Shown: positions 41,236 to 55,616 of the stretch, one piece after another
Numbering within the stretch: the stretch's first letter is position 1
How the letters are laid out: every line of letters begins with the position of its first letter
Assembly: GCA_964016885.1 (NCBI GenBank)
Contig: OZ024744.1
Coordinates: forward strand, 97,526,001-97,590,000
Source of the DNA: Eledone cirrhosa
Taxonomy: Eukaryota
Direction of reading: 5' to 3'
DNA: 64,000 nucleotides
The notes under the pieces: model-generated
Seen by the model: the letters and a program-made list of their open reading frames with translations, nothing else
Told to the model about the DNA's origin: nothing
The model's database searches: none
Program-made: the position numbers and the translations under genes

Positions 41236-42140
41236 GTGGTGGTGGTGGTGGCGGTAGTGGTGGTGGTAGTGGTGGTGGTGGTAGTGGTGGTGGTAGTGGT
41301 GGTGGTGGTGGTGGTGGTAGTGGTGGTGGTGGTGGTGGTGGTGGTGTCGGTGGTGGTGATAGTGGTAGTGGTGGTGGTGGTGGTGGTGGTGATGGTGGTG
41401 GTGTTGGTGGTGGTGGTGATGGTGGTGGTGGTAATGGTGATGGTGGTGGTGATGGTGGTGGTGGTAATGGTGGTGGTGGTGGTGGTGGTGTTGGTGGTGG
41501 TGGTGGTAGTGGTGGTGGTGGTGGTGGTGGTGGTGGTGGTGATGGTCGTAGTGGTGGTGGTGGTGGTGGTGGTGGTGGTGATGGTGGTGGTGTTGGTGGT
41601 GGTGGTGGTGGTGGTGGTGTTAGTGATGGTAGTGGTGGTGGTGATGGTGGTGGTAGTGGTGATGGTGGTAGTGGTGGTGGTGATGGTGGTAGTGGTGGTG
41701 GTGGTGGTGGTGGTGGTGTTGGTGGTGGTGGTGGTGGTGGTGGTAGTGGTGGTGGTGGTGGTGGTGGTGGTGGTGGTGGTGGTGATGGTCGTAGTGGTGG
41801 TGGTGGTGGTGGTGGTGATGGTGGTGGTGGTGATGGTGGTAGTGGTGGTGGTGGTGGTGGTGGTGATAGTGGTAGTGGTGGTGATGGTGGTGGTGGTGGT
41901 GGTGGTGTCGGTGGTGGTGATGGTGGTGGTGGTGATGGTGGTGGTAGTGGTGGTGGTGTTGTTAGTGGCGGCGGTGGCGGTGGTGGTGATGATGATGGTG
42001 GTGGTGGTGGTGTTGGTGGTGGTGATGGTGGTAGTGGTGGTGTTGGTGGTGGTGTTGTTAGTGGCAGCGGTGGCGGTGGTGGTGATGGTGGCGGTGGTGA
42101 TCATCGTGATCATGATGACAATGATGATGGTGGTGATGTT
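41236..42140. repeat. Degenerate (GGT)n microsatellite
   Basis: Directly visible; begins inside a SINE remnant. Confidence 0.95.
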
Positions 42141-42299
42141 GATAAATATATATATATATATATATATACATAAATATATATATAGAGAGAGAGAAGGGAG
42201 GGAGAGAGAGGGAGAAAAAGAGAGATACATACATACACACATACATATATACAGACAGACTGATAGATAGACACGCATACATACGTAGACATGTGTGTG

Positions 42300-43075
<776 letters not shown>

Positions 43076-43369
43076 AGGTATAATATTTATGTATGTCAAT
43101 ATGTCAGTATGTCAGTATGTCAGTGTGTATGTATGTATGGATATACATGTATCTGTAAGTAACAATAATTATGGTAAATGTCTTTTAATCAGTATGATGA
43201 GATGAATAAATGCCAGAAGAAATCGGTCAGACAAATTAAAATGGAGCTGCTCATATTTTGAAATGGTTTTAAAAATAGAAATGTTATTCAAGCTTTCAGC
43301 CACTAAGGGGCTTTTCAAGGTTTAATCCCCTCCAATAATGTGGAAACTTGTTAAATGATCTTTAGTCAG

Positions 43370-44177
43370 TTTTCTTCTTTTTCTTATTTTTCTTCTTCTA
43401 CCACTTTTTCCTGAGAGGGTCATTAAGGGGGGTGCAGAGTCCTTAAACAATCTTTCCAGCAGGTCCTATCAAAAGCAACTGTGTCCAGTTGCTCTGGCTG
43501 GATTACCCAAGCAAGATTAGCCAAGCTCATGGATGTTATCCAACCATCTTGCTCAGGGTCTACCCCCTGGGTCTCCTGCCGGTTGGTTGTGTGTCCAGTT
43601 GCTCTGGCTGGATTACCCAAGCAAGACCAACCAAGCTCATGGATGTTATCCAACCATCTTGCTCAGGGTCTACCCCCTGGGTCTCCTGCCGGTTGGTTGT
43701 GTGTCCAGTTGCTCTGGCTGGATTACCCAAGCAAGACTAGTCAAGTTCATGGATGTAATCCAACCATCTTGCTCAGGGTCTACCCCCTGGGTCTCCTGCC
43801 GGTTGGTTGTGTGTCCAGTTGCTCTGGCTGGATTACCCAAGCAAGACTAGTCAAGCTCATGGATGTTATCCAACCATCTTGCTCAGAGTCTACCCCTAGG
43901 TCTCCTGCCGGTTGGTTGTGTGTCCAGTTGCTCTGGCTGGATTACCCAAGCAAGACTAGTCAAGCTCCTGGATGTTATCCAACCATCTTGCTCAGAGTCT
44001 ACCCCTAGGTCTCCTGCCGGTTGGTTGTGTGTCCAGTTGCTCTGGCTGGATTACCCAAGCAAGACCAGCCAAGCTCATGGATGTTATCCAGCCATCTTGC
44101 TCAGGGTCTACCCCTAGGTCTCCTGCCGGTTGGTTTTGTCCATAAAATTTGTCCAGCAATTCTTTCCTGAGACATTT
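43370..44177 (-). mobile_element. RTE 3' fragment with a 109-110-bp internal unit repeated ~6x
   Basis: Homologous to 21390-21745; gtgtccagtt at 43481, 43591, 43701, 43811, 43920, 44029. Confidence 0.85.
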
Positions 44178-44529
44178 GTCAGTAACGATTGAAAATAATT
44201 AGTTTCAATATACTTATGCTTTGGTTTTTACTACATTGATTTTCTACTGACTCTACATATGTTAGTATGATCATGTTTTTAATTTCTTTCTTAGTCTCGT
44301 ATTGGTGATAAAAAAGTGTAAGCTAATAATTGTTTCTACTTTTGGCACAAGGCCAGCAATTATTCCAGCACATTACTGGTACTCTATTTTATCGATATAA
44401 ATAAGGATGAAAGGCAAAGTGAACCTCGGCAGGACTTGAACTCAAACTGTAAAGGGGCGTAACTCTATGCTGCAAAGTATGACGTCCAACCCTCTACCCA
44501 TAATGCCAATCCACCACCTATTATTATCA

Positions 44530-44912
44530 TGAGCTAAGGAAAAAAGATCGTGCCTGATTGTGGATGTGGCCTGCCCATTCGACACGAGAGTGCAACACAA
44601 GGAGAGGGAGAAAATTAATCGATACCAGGACTTAAAGTGGGAGGTAAAAAGGATTTGGAACTGCCATGAAGTCAAAGTGGTCTCAATTGTCATAGGCGCA
44701 CTAGGTACTATCTCAAAAAGTTTCCAAGGATGGTTAAAGAAAATTAGTCCAGCCCCGCTTTTTGGAACACTTCAAAAGGCATGCATGCTGGGAACAGCAA
44801 GAACCCTCAGTAACGTCCTGAATATCTGAGACTGCAGATAGTGGCTTGATATTCATTTCAACAAACTTTCCAGTTAAATAACAAAGACTGAGACTCAAAG
44901 AATAATAATAAT
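44530..44912 (+). mobile_element. 5'-truncated Dong/R4-type non-LTR retrotransposon (endonuclease C-terminus and 3' UTR)
   Basis: IVDVACPFDTRVQHKEREKINRYQDLKWEVKRIW...VIGALGTISK...LQKACMLGTARTL, ending in aataataataat. Confidence 0.88.
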
Positions 44913-45629
44913 GTACAGTATATATACTTAAGCACTCCCTCCCCAATCTTAAAACTGTGACGGAAGCTCTGTTATGTAATTTTTGAGACACAAGTTTCAG
45001 AGTAAATGAAATGAACAAGATTTAATTTCTTAGAAAGTAGCATCTTTCTTTATAGTAAAAGTATTAAGCAAAATGAAATAAGGGGAAAGAACTTTTTTCG
45101 GTACTACAAGAGTTACTCCCCTGTACCTACTACTGAATGGAGTTTACGTTGTTGTTTGATCATTGTTCAATGTCTTAGTTAAAGTGAACATGCGTGTCTT
45201 TGTCGGTAAGGTGTTCAGTTTATGATGGTAAGAACGTTAATTCGATTGCTGGAGGCATGTTGTGTCCTTGAGCAAGACACTTTATTTCAAGCTGTTCCAG
45301 TTTACATAACTGTATCATAGCTTTTCATTTTCCTAGGCGCTATAAAATAAAGTACTGGGTTTCATATAATTACCCATCCTCATCCCACACACACACTCAC
45401 ACAAACTGTTGACTTTGTGCCAATGTTAGAAAGAAGTCTTTCTGGGGTGTGTATGTGGGGACAGGGTGAGGAAGTCGATGAAATAAAGTACCAATAAAAT
45501 AATGTGGTTGATATAATCAATTTTCCTTTTTCGCCAAAATTGTTTGCCTTTGTGCTTATGTTAGAAATAATTATTGAGAGTGTCAATAGTTTAATAAAAT
45601 CTATTAGCAAACAAAAGTATGGAACTGAT

Positions 45630-46115
45630 TGACGCCAACACTACTACCTTACAGAGTGTACTGGGTGCTTTTTATCATGACACCAACACTACCACCTTAC
45701 AGGTTGGACTGGGTGTATTTTATCATGACACCACCACTACCACTTTACAGAGTGTACTGGGTGTTTTTTATCATGACACCAACCCTACCACCTGATAGAG
45801 TGTATCGGGTGTGTTTAATCATGACACCAACACTACCACTTTGCAGGCTGTACTGGGTGTTTTTATCATGACACCAGCACTACCACATGACAGTGTGTAC
45901 TGGGTGTTTTTTAGCTTGACACCAACACTACCACATGACAGAGTGTACTGGGTGTTTTTTATCATGACACCAACACTACCACCTTACAGAGTGTACTGGG
46001 TGTATTTTATCATGACACAAACACTACCACATGACAGAGTGTACTGGATGTATTTTATTATGACACCAACACAACCACATGACAGAGTGTACTGGGTGTA
46101 TTTTATTATGACACT
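45630..46115. repeat. ~48-bp minisatellite (~10 copies), SINE-derived
   Basis: Unit atgacaccaacactaccaccttacagagtgtactgggtgttttttatc, homologous to the 17808 unit. Confidence 0.88.
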
Positions 46116-46483
46116 ATGATTTGACAAAAAACAAATGATATGTAATAATATGTTTTGTTTATCATTAACTGTAAACTATTTTTATCTGTTCAAGGAATGT
46201 AATTATATTACCCATCTTGAAGACATGTAATTAGTCCCTGGTGAAAGAGTTGTTGATATTTAACTCATAATTGTTTCTACTTTAGGCACAAGGCCAGCAA
46301 TTTGAAGAGGAGGGGAAAGTCGATTAAATCGACCCCAGTGTATTACTGGTACTTTATTTTATCGACCCCGTAAGGATGAAAGGCAAAGCTAAGCTTGGCA
46401 GGATTTGAACATTTTTAGGAAAGGATGCTTGCTCTGATCGATCGACAAGATCCCAGACTTCATTCGCTTGCTGAGTGGGGTGG

Positions 46484-46968
46484 ACCTCATCAAATCAGAC
46501 CAAGGAAACAATGTTTCCATTTGTCCTTCCATTGCTGATACTATCTACTGGTCACAACTCCTGGTAGAAGGAGCAATGTGAAATAAAGTGTCTTGTTCAA
46601 GGACACAATGCATCACCCAGTCACCTCATCAAATCAGACCAAGGAAACAATGTTTCCATTTGTCCTTCCATTGCTGATACTATCTACTGGTCACAACTCC
46701 TGGTAGAAGGAGCAACGTGAAATAAAGTGTCTTGTTCAAGGACACAATGCATCACCCAGTCACCTCATCAAATCAGACCAAGGAAACAATGTTTCCATTG
46801 GTCTTTCCAATTACTGATACTATCTACTGGTCACAACTCCTGGCAGAAGGAGTAACGTGAAATAAAGTGTCTTGCTCAAGGACACAATTCATCACCCAGT
46901 CCGAGAATCGAACTCACAACCTCATGATTGCGAATCCGGCTTTCTAACCACTCAGCCACGTGGCTTCA
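46484..46968 (-). mobile_element. CORE-type SINE with a 139-bp internal segment triplicated
   Basis: acctcatcaaatcagaccaagg recurs near 46484, 46623 and 46762. Confidence 0.85.
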
Positions 46969-47399
46969 AGGAAAAGATGCACAACACTGTTGTTGGAGTG
47001 TCTTTCATGGTGGAGATTGGGTTGGGTTGGGTGGGAGGTAAAACTGAAGGGACCTCTTCTCCCGCTGGTCAGAACAAGTCCTATTTACACCCAATATTTT
47101 GGATAACACCACACTTATGAGGTATATAATTATCTGCTGAATGGACCCAATGATAAAAAAAAACCTCCCGTTATTCAATTTCAACCTTATGGGGGAAATG
47201 GGGGTGGGGGATGAGAATAGTGAGGTGGGTGGGGGAGTTGCGCAGATATTACAGCTCCTGTGAAGGAAAAGAAAAAAGGTGAACTTTACAGTTACAGTTA
47301 AATAATATTTACATGTAACCAGTTAAATGTCCATATGTAACATGTGGTGCGGTAAATAAACATATACATATAGACCTGGTCCAAACGCAAAGGAAGGAA

Positions 47400-47955
47400 C
47401 CTGACTCCCACTGTTGCTGCTTCTGTCTCTCCCATTTTCCCATCTCAGATTATCATTAGGAAATGGAGACCCACCTGCTGGCTGGCTCGGTGAACAGAGT
47501 AGAGAAGGCATTTCCTCAGAGGATGGTGAGGGAGATGTGCTGAAAGAGTCATTCCAACTCACGAGGCTCACACCTTTGGGTAGGCAACTCTGTGCCAATG
47601 GTGGTGCCAATAGTAGGGAGTTGGCCCTAGGGCCAAGAACACCAGAAGTCTCCACTGCTAAGGGCTCAATCGCAAACCTGTCAGAGAGCAGCTGATATTT
47701 GGAGAGTTAACCCCCTTTGAGCCTGTGTTAGCTGCAGATTGCACCAGGTTGCCACTGGTGAATGTGGTAAACCAAAATTGAGGGTAGGCAGGCAGGCAGG
47801 CGGGCAGGCTTCAAGCAGACAGGCAGGGTTTGTTGAGTGTTGAGAGGGTCATCAATGATTATAAGTGATATATATATATATATATATATATATGAAGGCG
47901 CATGAATTGGAAAGACCGATGGAAAAACATTGTTTCCTTGGTCCGAGTTGACGAA

Positions 47956-47992
<37 letters not shown>

Positions 47993-48140
47993 TTATAATC
48001 ATTGATGACCCTCTCAACACTCAACAAACCCTGCCTGTCTGCTTGAAGTCTGCCCGCCTGCCTGCCTGCCTACCCTCAATTTTGGTTTACCACATTCACC
48101 AGTGGCAACCTGGTGCAATCTGCAGCTAACACAGGCTCAA
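47400..48140 (-). mobile_element. CRE-type fragment whose terminal ~175 bp is inverted-duplicated around a (TA)n-flanked SINE piece
   Basis: SKYQLLSDRFAIEPLAVETSGVLGP on the minus strand. Arms ~47717-47893 and ~47961-48140 are near-perfect complements. Confidence 0.8.
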
Positions 48141-48179
48141 ACATACATACATACATATATATGTATGTATGTATGTATG

Positions 48180-48212
<33 letters not shown>

Positions 48213-48684
48213 GTACGGACGCTAAACCTGATGATGATGATGATGATGATGATATATATATATATACATATACATATACATATATATATATACATACATA
48301 CATACATATATATGTGAAGGCGTGTGGCTGAGTGGTTAGAGAATTGGATTTGCAATCGTAAGGTTGTGAGTTCGATTCCTGGACCAGGCGATGCGTTATG
48401 TCCTTGAGCAAGACACTTTATTTAAATTTTGACACAGCAAGGAACATACCTTATTAGTTGAATTTTCCTTGGAAAATATATATATATTTATATATTTATA
48501 CGATATTAACAAATGGAAACTATATTTATACATATTTCAAGGATACCATGTTAAATTATGGTATGCTTTCATCAGACAAAATACAATATATACCAGTTTT
48601 ATAAATAAATATTGACATACCGTTTCAAAATGCAACCGTTACTTTTGGAAGACATCAGGGATAGTCATATATTTATATATATAT

Positions 48685-49360
48685 ATATTTGAAAAAAGGG
48701 AAAAGAATGACTTCACTTGTAGTGTTTAAAAAATTTTTGATTTAATTTTATAATATTATGAGTTGGTAGATCTAGTTATAATATCATAAAATTAAATCAA
48801 AAATTTTTTTAACACTACAAGTGAAGTCACTCTTTTCCTTTTTTTTCAAATATTTTGTGACGGCTATAAAAAGTAATGTATATTGATTAATTTTGATATA
48901 ATATATATAAGTATAATTAGCTTAACCATAATCAAATACAAGAGATATTCAATAGTTTATGGTAATTGATTGGTTGCCTCAATTGACCTAATATTTGAAA
49001 ACAACGGTTTTTTCTATCTATCCCACTATATTCCCTCTCTTTTGTCATTATTTCTCCTTTCTTCTTCCTCTATTCATCCATCCATTTATTTATTTATTTC
49101 TATTCATTTAAATATTTATGTATGTATTTTTTTCTTGCCTTCCTCCTCTTTACACCCTCTCTTATATATCTCTAATTCACTCCACATCCTTTTCTTCTTT
49201 AAGTTTATCATATTATTATTTGTGGTAAATAAATGTTGAGATTTAATTAAATAAATCACTGCCAATACTTGAATTATATCAAATCATATATTATATCTGA
49301 CGAGGACGTACTGGGAAAAAAATCAACGCAGTACCTTCGAAATATATATAATAAAGCATG
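48685..49360 (+). mobile_element. Putative truncated Penelope-like insertion: palindrome, AT/pyrimidine-rich body, terminal hammerhead
   Basis: ~75-bp inverted arms at 48685-48853; CTGACGA-G...C-GAAA at 49297-49342; (TA)n at both ends. Confidence 0.55.
49285..49360 (+). ncRNA. Type I hammerhead ribozyme motif
   Basis: CTGACGA-GGACGTACTG-(15-nt loop)-CAGTACCTTC-GAAA-TATATATA; stem II closed by G-C, palindromic stem III, weak stem I. Confidence 0.65.
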
Positions 49361-49373
49361 TATATATATATAT

Positions 49374-49719
49374 GGAGGCACATGGCTTAGTGGTTAGAGC
49401 ATTGGCCTTGCATTCGAAAGGTTGCGGGTTCAATTCTCAGACCGGGTGATGTGTTGTTTCCTTGAGCAAGACACTTTATTTCACATTGCTCCAGTTTACT
49501 CAGCTGTAGAAATGAGATGATAGGGACTGGGGTCCATATCATTCCACTGCAAAGTGGTCGTGGAGGTGCCACGGCAAAAAAAGCACCCAGCACTCACTGT
49601 AAATGAGGTTGGTGTTAGGAAGGGCATCCAGCTGTAGAAATCAAGCCAGAATCAATGTTCGTCCCACCCTTGCAAGCAGGGAAAAGCGGACGTAAAATGA
49701 TGATGATGATGATGATGAT
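49374..49719 (+). mobile_element. Full-length CORE-type SINE with (GAT)n tail
   Basis: tRNA head ggaggcacatggcttagtggttagagc...gggttcaattc, CORE-like block, tail cggacgtaaaa(tga)n. Confidence 0.88.
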
Positions 49720-50834
49720 ATATATATATATATATATGGCTATACAAATCAAATGAACAACTGTAGATTTTAAAGATTTATTTTCTCTTCAACAGAAAGG
49801 GATGTGGATGTGCATGGTGTGTGTGTGGGTGTATGGGTGTGTGTGTGTAGGTGTGGCTGGGTATGTAAGGGGGTGGGGTGTAAAGAGAAGAATGACAGCT
49901 ATTTTAGGAGTGGTATGTACAGTAATTAGTTGACATTTAGGAAGAATAGCAGAGTTATTTTCTGGTTTTTACTTATGATGTTATGTATGGAGTCAGTGAT
50001 TTATTTGGCAATTTAGCAAAGAGTTTATTTTTAAGTCTGAGGGGTTATTATTTAAATAAGGGTAATGTATTATCCATTCTTTTATTCTTTTGTTCTTGTA
50101 ATCTTTTATTCTTTTAGTTTGTTTTTAATTCTTTTATTCTTTTACTTGTTTTACTTGTTTCGGTTATTGGACTGTGTAGCAAATTGATACACATTGAAAT
50201 GTCTTTGTGAGTGTGTAAGAGTATATGTCTCTGTGAGTGTGTATGTATATGTATGTGTATGTGTAAGTGTATGTACATGTTTGTAAGAGTGAGAGTGTGT
50301 CTATGTATGTGTGTGTGCAGATGTGTTTTAGCGTATTTGTGTGTGTTTGTATGTGTGTGTGTGTGTGTGTGTACATATGTATTTGAGTGTGTTTATGTGT
50401 GTTTGTATGTGTATGTATGTGTATGTGTGTGCATATGTGTTTGAGTGTGTTTGTGTGTGTGCGCGCGTGTGTGTGCATATGTATGTGAGTGTATTTGTGT
50501 GTTTGTATGTATATGTATGTGTGTGAGTGTGCGTGCATATGTGTTTGTGTGTTTGTATGTGTGTATGTATGTGTGTGTGTATGTGTTTGAGTGTGTTTGT
50601 ATGTGTGTGTGTGTGTGTGCAGATGTGTTTGAGTGTGTTTGTGTGTCTGTATATGTGTGTGTGTGTGTGCATATGTATTTGAGTGTTTGTGCGTGTGTGT
50701 ATGTATGTGTGTGTGCATATGTGTTTGAGTGTGTTTGTGTGTGTTTGTATGTGTGTGTAAGTGTGTGTTTATGTGTTTATGTGTATATGTGTTTATGTGT
50801 ATATGTGTTTATGTGTATGTGTGTATATGTGCAT

Positions 50835-50868
<34 letters not shown>

Positions 50869-50979
50869 GGGAGAGAGAGAGGGAGAGAGAGAGAGAGTGA
50901 CTGCAGAATCAGGAAGACTTCTGGCTTTCTGCTTTCTAAGTTCCAACTGTACTATTAGTATTTCGAATTTCCTTAGTCT

Positions 50980-51011
<32 letters not shown>

Positions 51012-52433
51012 GTCTAGGTCTAGACGGGAATTGTCCCACTTGAGGCAAGATTGGTTTGTCTCGCTCGTATAGGACTGTCTCTGGCAGGTTTTCTATGGCT
51101 GGATGCCCTTCCTAACACCAACCACATTTGCAGTGTGGGTCTGGGAGGTTTTTACTGTGTTACCTACACCTACATAAATCCCTTGCTCTCTATTGCATAC
51201 AGAAATAGTGACTAGTATAGACCTATTTCATCTAATGTAGAGGTAAGACCCCCCTCCTGCCACACTCTCACACCGATCATAAGGATCCATAGTTCGATAC
51301 CTAGACATAAAAAGTCTAAAGTCTGTCTTAAGCCAGAAGGCTCATTTGGCCGGTGCTTATCCCAGTTTTCCACGGCATGAAGCGACTGAGAGTACAAGAC
51401 TTCCCCCCCCCCCCCCCGGACAGGACGCCAGTCCATCGCAGGGTTAAACCTCCAGCTATTGCTGCTACTCATTTTCAGCTGAGTATACTGGAGCAACGTG
51501 AAATGAAGTGTTTTGCTCAAGAACACAACACGCAACCCAGGAATCGAGCCCACGACATTATGATCGTAAGTCCATCACCCTCACCACTGGGCTACGTGCC
51601 TCCACACCTAGACATAACCATATATTAAATAGCAGACAAAGTGCATCAGTTGATATAATCATGTCAGCAATCCAATGAACAGAGCTTGAGCACACTGCCC
51701 CCATGACCCTCCCAGGAATAAGTGAGCAAAGAAGATGTTTATTCGATAAAATAAAGTACCAGTAATGTACTGGGGAATTTGATGGCCTTGTGCCAAAAGT
51801 AGAAACAGTTATTTTTAAAACACTTAGGGTGGTGAATTGGCAGTATCGGTAGAGGGGTCAGACGCCATGCTTTGCAGCATAGAGTTATGGCCCTTTACGA
51901 TCTGAGTTCAAATCCCACCGAGATTAACTTTGCCTTTCATCATACCTTACGAGGGGGAGGGGGGCGATAAAATATAGTACCAGAAACGTACTGGGGTTGA
52001 TTTAATCGACTTCCCGTCCCTCCCAAATTACTGGCCTTGTGCCTATACTAGAAATCATTATTTTAAAATACATAGTATATATTTATATAGTATTAAGTGC
52101 CACAGTTTCTTTGGTGGGGGGTAGTCAGAGGAGTGGCTTTATCATGCATTCATAACCTGGTTATAAATATTCCATTTCATTCTCAAAAACAGTCAGTCAA
52201 CAAAATTAAGTTAGATTAATAAATAATTTACTACTATGGTAATAATATGTTAAGTAAACCTCTCTCTCTCATTTCTCTCTCTTTTTCTCTCTCTTTCCCT
52301 CTCTCTTTTTCTCTCACTTTCTTTCTCATTCCCTCTCTTTTTCTCTCCCATTTTGTTGTGATCTCTCTCTCTCTCTCTCTCTCATGAGGAGGATTGTTGG
52401 GGTGATGGTATGAGTTCTCTATGCTTCATAATA

Positions 52434-52599
52434 CTGTATTTCCTGACATCGAAGACTCTACTTTTTTTCCTAAAATAAGTCTCAAAAATCTACCATGCAT
52501 CCTGGAGGCCGAAGATTGTTTTTTTTTTTTTCAAACTTTTGGTGTCAAAATTAGGGTGCATCTTCGAGGATGAAGTGTCTTCGGCGCTGGGAAATACGG
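52434..52599. mobile_element. pogo/Tc-type MITE (CCGTATTT-like TIR, TA TSD)
   Basis: ta|ctgtatttcctgac...gggaaatacgg|ta; second copy at 63145-63792. Confidence 0.75.
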
Positions 52600-52644
52600 T
52601 AAGTTGTTACTGTTAAGCCTGCCTCCCTCGCTCAAGTCAACACT

Positions 52645-53099
52645 GGTCAAACTGATCTATGGTCAGACTGATCTACGGTCAGACTGATCTACGGTCAAAC
52701 TGATCTACGGTCAAACTGATCTACGGTCAGACTGATCTACGGTCAAACTGATCTACGGTCAAACTGATCTATGGTCAAACTGATCTATGGTCCAACTGAT
52801 CTACGGGCAAACTGATCTACGGACAAACTGATCTATAGTCCAACTGATCTACGGGCAAACTGATCTACGGTCAGACTGATCTACGGTCAAACTGATCTAC
52901 GGTCAAACTGATCTACGGTCAAACTGATCTATGGTCAAACTGATCTACGGTCAAACTGATCTACGGTCAAACTGATCTATGGTCAAATTGATCTATGGTC
53001 AATCTGATCTACAGTCAAACTGATCTACCGTCAAACTGATCTATAGTCAAATTGATCTATGGTCAAACTGATCTATGGTCAAACTGACCTATGGTCAAA
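52645..53099. repeat. 16-bp minisatellite (~28 copies)
   Basis: Unit ggtcaaactgatctac, head to tail without spacers. Confidence 0.95.
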
Positions 53100-55012
53100 G
53101 AAATTTCAGCTATGACCATACACCTCTTTTTCTAATGACCACAGTGGAATTAGAATGTTCTTGATTACCATTCTTGTGGTTTTGTAGTTAGGGTATTCGG
53201 CTCATGATCACAAGGTTGTGAGTTTGATTCCCATCAACGTAATGTACCCTTCAGCAAGGCACTTTATTTCACATTGTTACAACCCATTTAGCTGGCAAAA
53301 ATGAGTCATATTTGTAATTCGAAGGGCCAGCATTGTCACATTCTGTGTCACGCTGAATCTCCCTGAGAACTACATTAAAGGTATGCATATATGTGGAATA
53401 CTCAGCCACTTGCATGTTAATTTCAAGAGCAGGCTGTTCTGTTGATCATATTAACAGGAATACTCGACGTTGTAACCGAAAGAGTGCCACTAGTAACTGT
53501 ATAGAAGCTCCTTTTATTCTGTCTCTATCCACATCTGAGATGTTTTATAGAAATATTGGTTTCTGATTTAGGCACAAGGCCAACAATCTTAGGGGAAGGG
53601 AAAGTCGATTAAATCAACCTCAGTGCATTACTGGTATCATATTTTATTGACCCTGTAAGCATGAAAGACAAAGTTAACCTTGGGGAGATATAAACTCAGA
53701 ATATAAAGGGTCGTAATTACATACCACAAAGCATGTTGCCCTACACTCTACTAATTCTGCCAAATAGGGGCTCTTCTACACACGCTGGTCCAATTGGGGT
53801 TAACAGCTGTTCAATATAAAACACCACAAGTTTCAATAATTTGAACTCAAAATGTAAAGAGCCGTAACTCCATGCTGCAAAGCATGGGGGTTCGACGCTC
53901 TACTGATTACTGCCAATACATTGCCCTTGTTTTATAGAAATATTAAATTGACCACACTCCAGTTTTAGACTGCTACTTTATTTTATTAAACTCTGAAATG
54001 ATGAAAGGGCAAGTTGACAACAGCAAGATTTGAACTAAATACTTATAGGTGAAAATAGGATATGGTAAGCATGTCACATGCCATGGGTGCCATATGAAGG
54101 GGGCGCCACTTGGACTAGGAGCACACTCTATGAAAGTCAAATAAGCCTCGTCAGAGAGGGAAAAAAAAGAAACTCCTTCAGATGTATGATCTGTTTCTGA
54201 TTATCATGGGTGAGAAACACTATGGTGGCTGGATCATTAAACCATTTATATAAATTATTAGACCCATGGGTAAAAATACAGGGCTGGGCAGGGGTGCAAT
54301 TTCACTGTTTGCCATAGACACTATTTTCCCTAGTTATTCCTCTGTATATAGGGCAAAAACTAAATATACAGTCATTTGGTCTGATGCTCTAAAGATTCTG
54401 CCAATCCACTTCTTAAGTTAAATGTGATGATCAAGAATTGCCTGGGTCTGATGGTGAATGTAAAGCCTGTGTCTGAGTTTGCTTCTGTGTCAGTAAATGA
54501 GTGACTGGTTTTGATAGGAAAGACAGATTGAATCTATTAGTGATGGCAGGGTAAGTTTGATGGGGGAGAAAGAATAATCTTTGTTTCAATACAGCAGCAT
54601 TTTGTCTCATAGATATATAAACAATACTAACTGGATGTAGGGGAACTAATGAGATTGGTATTATTGAAAGTAACCAGATATCCAAAACTAGAATGTGAAA
54701 ATGATTGTGAGAAGTAGTGGATGGAGGTAAGCTGTGGGTGATGAAATTTAAACTGTTTCAAAAGTAAATTAGTTTAAAAGAAATAACTTGTAGCTTTCTT
54801 CTTTCTTTCTTTTCTTTTCTTTTTTTTATATATCTTTCTTTTTTTTTCCTTCTTTCTTTCTTTCTTTTCCTTTTGAAGAATTTTGTTACTTGAACTAGTG
54901 ACAGAAAAACCAGATGTTTCTCAATGGAATGACACAGCTCTTTTAAAATGTCTTTCATAAGATTCTTTGACATTTTTGTTTTGTTTTATATATACATATA
55001 TATACATATATA

Positions 55013-55080
<68 letters not shown>

Positions 55081-55145
55081 ACCCCCGGTTTTTGGCGAGT
55101 AGATTCAAAGTGTTAACAAAGGATATATATATATATATATGGAGG

Positions 55146-55176
<31 letters not shown>

Positions 55177-55616
55177 TGCTTCCGGTGGTTGTTGGAAATA
55201 ACACGTGACAACTAAGTGTTCACTGGCTGCCTTCTAGCGGCCGCATTTAGCTTGTCCACTCCGATTTATGGCAGAGCGGAATCCCTGTTGTTGAAATGAC
55301 TCCTCTGTTCGATCATGGAATACCACGAGCGTGCCTGTTACATAAGTTGGATAACTGATTTCGGATTCATAGAAACACTGTAAATGTATATTGTTTGATT
55401 TGTCCAGGTGTATCTTTTTAACCTGTTAGTTTTTTTCGTTACTTTGGTATTGTGTGGTTGGGTTTTGCCTACCGCAATGTTCAATTTGTCAAGCTATTTA
55501 AACGTATGTTATTACTCTAAGGACATACCCTTATTGAGTGCTTTGCTAACTCGTTCCTATTGTAGGTCGACTTTGCTTGCCCACAGCCAAAGCTTCAATT
55601 TTACTAAGCTTCCACT

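Noticed and set aside
41211-42173. 320-aa glycine-rich ORF (and poly-Val/poly-Thr frames)
   Set aside because: Degenerate (GGT)n microsatellite starting in a SINE remnant, with a TTG start; no signal peptide or splice context.
49374-49450. tRNA genes
   Set aside because: All tRNA-like sequences are SINE heads continuing into core and tail domains; no complete cloverleaf seen.
52645-53099. CRISPR-like look of regular arrays (also 3122, 17808, 28050)
   Set aside because: Head-to-tail units with no unique spacers, no cas genes, eukaryotic context.
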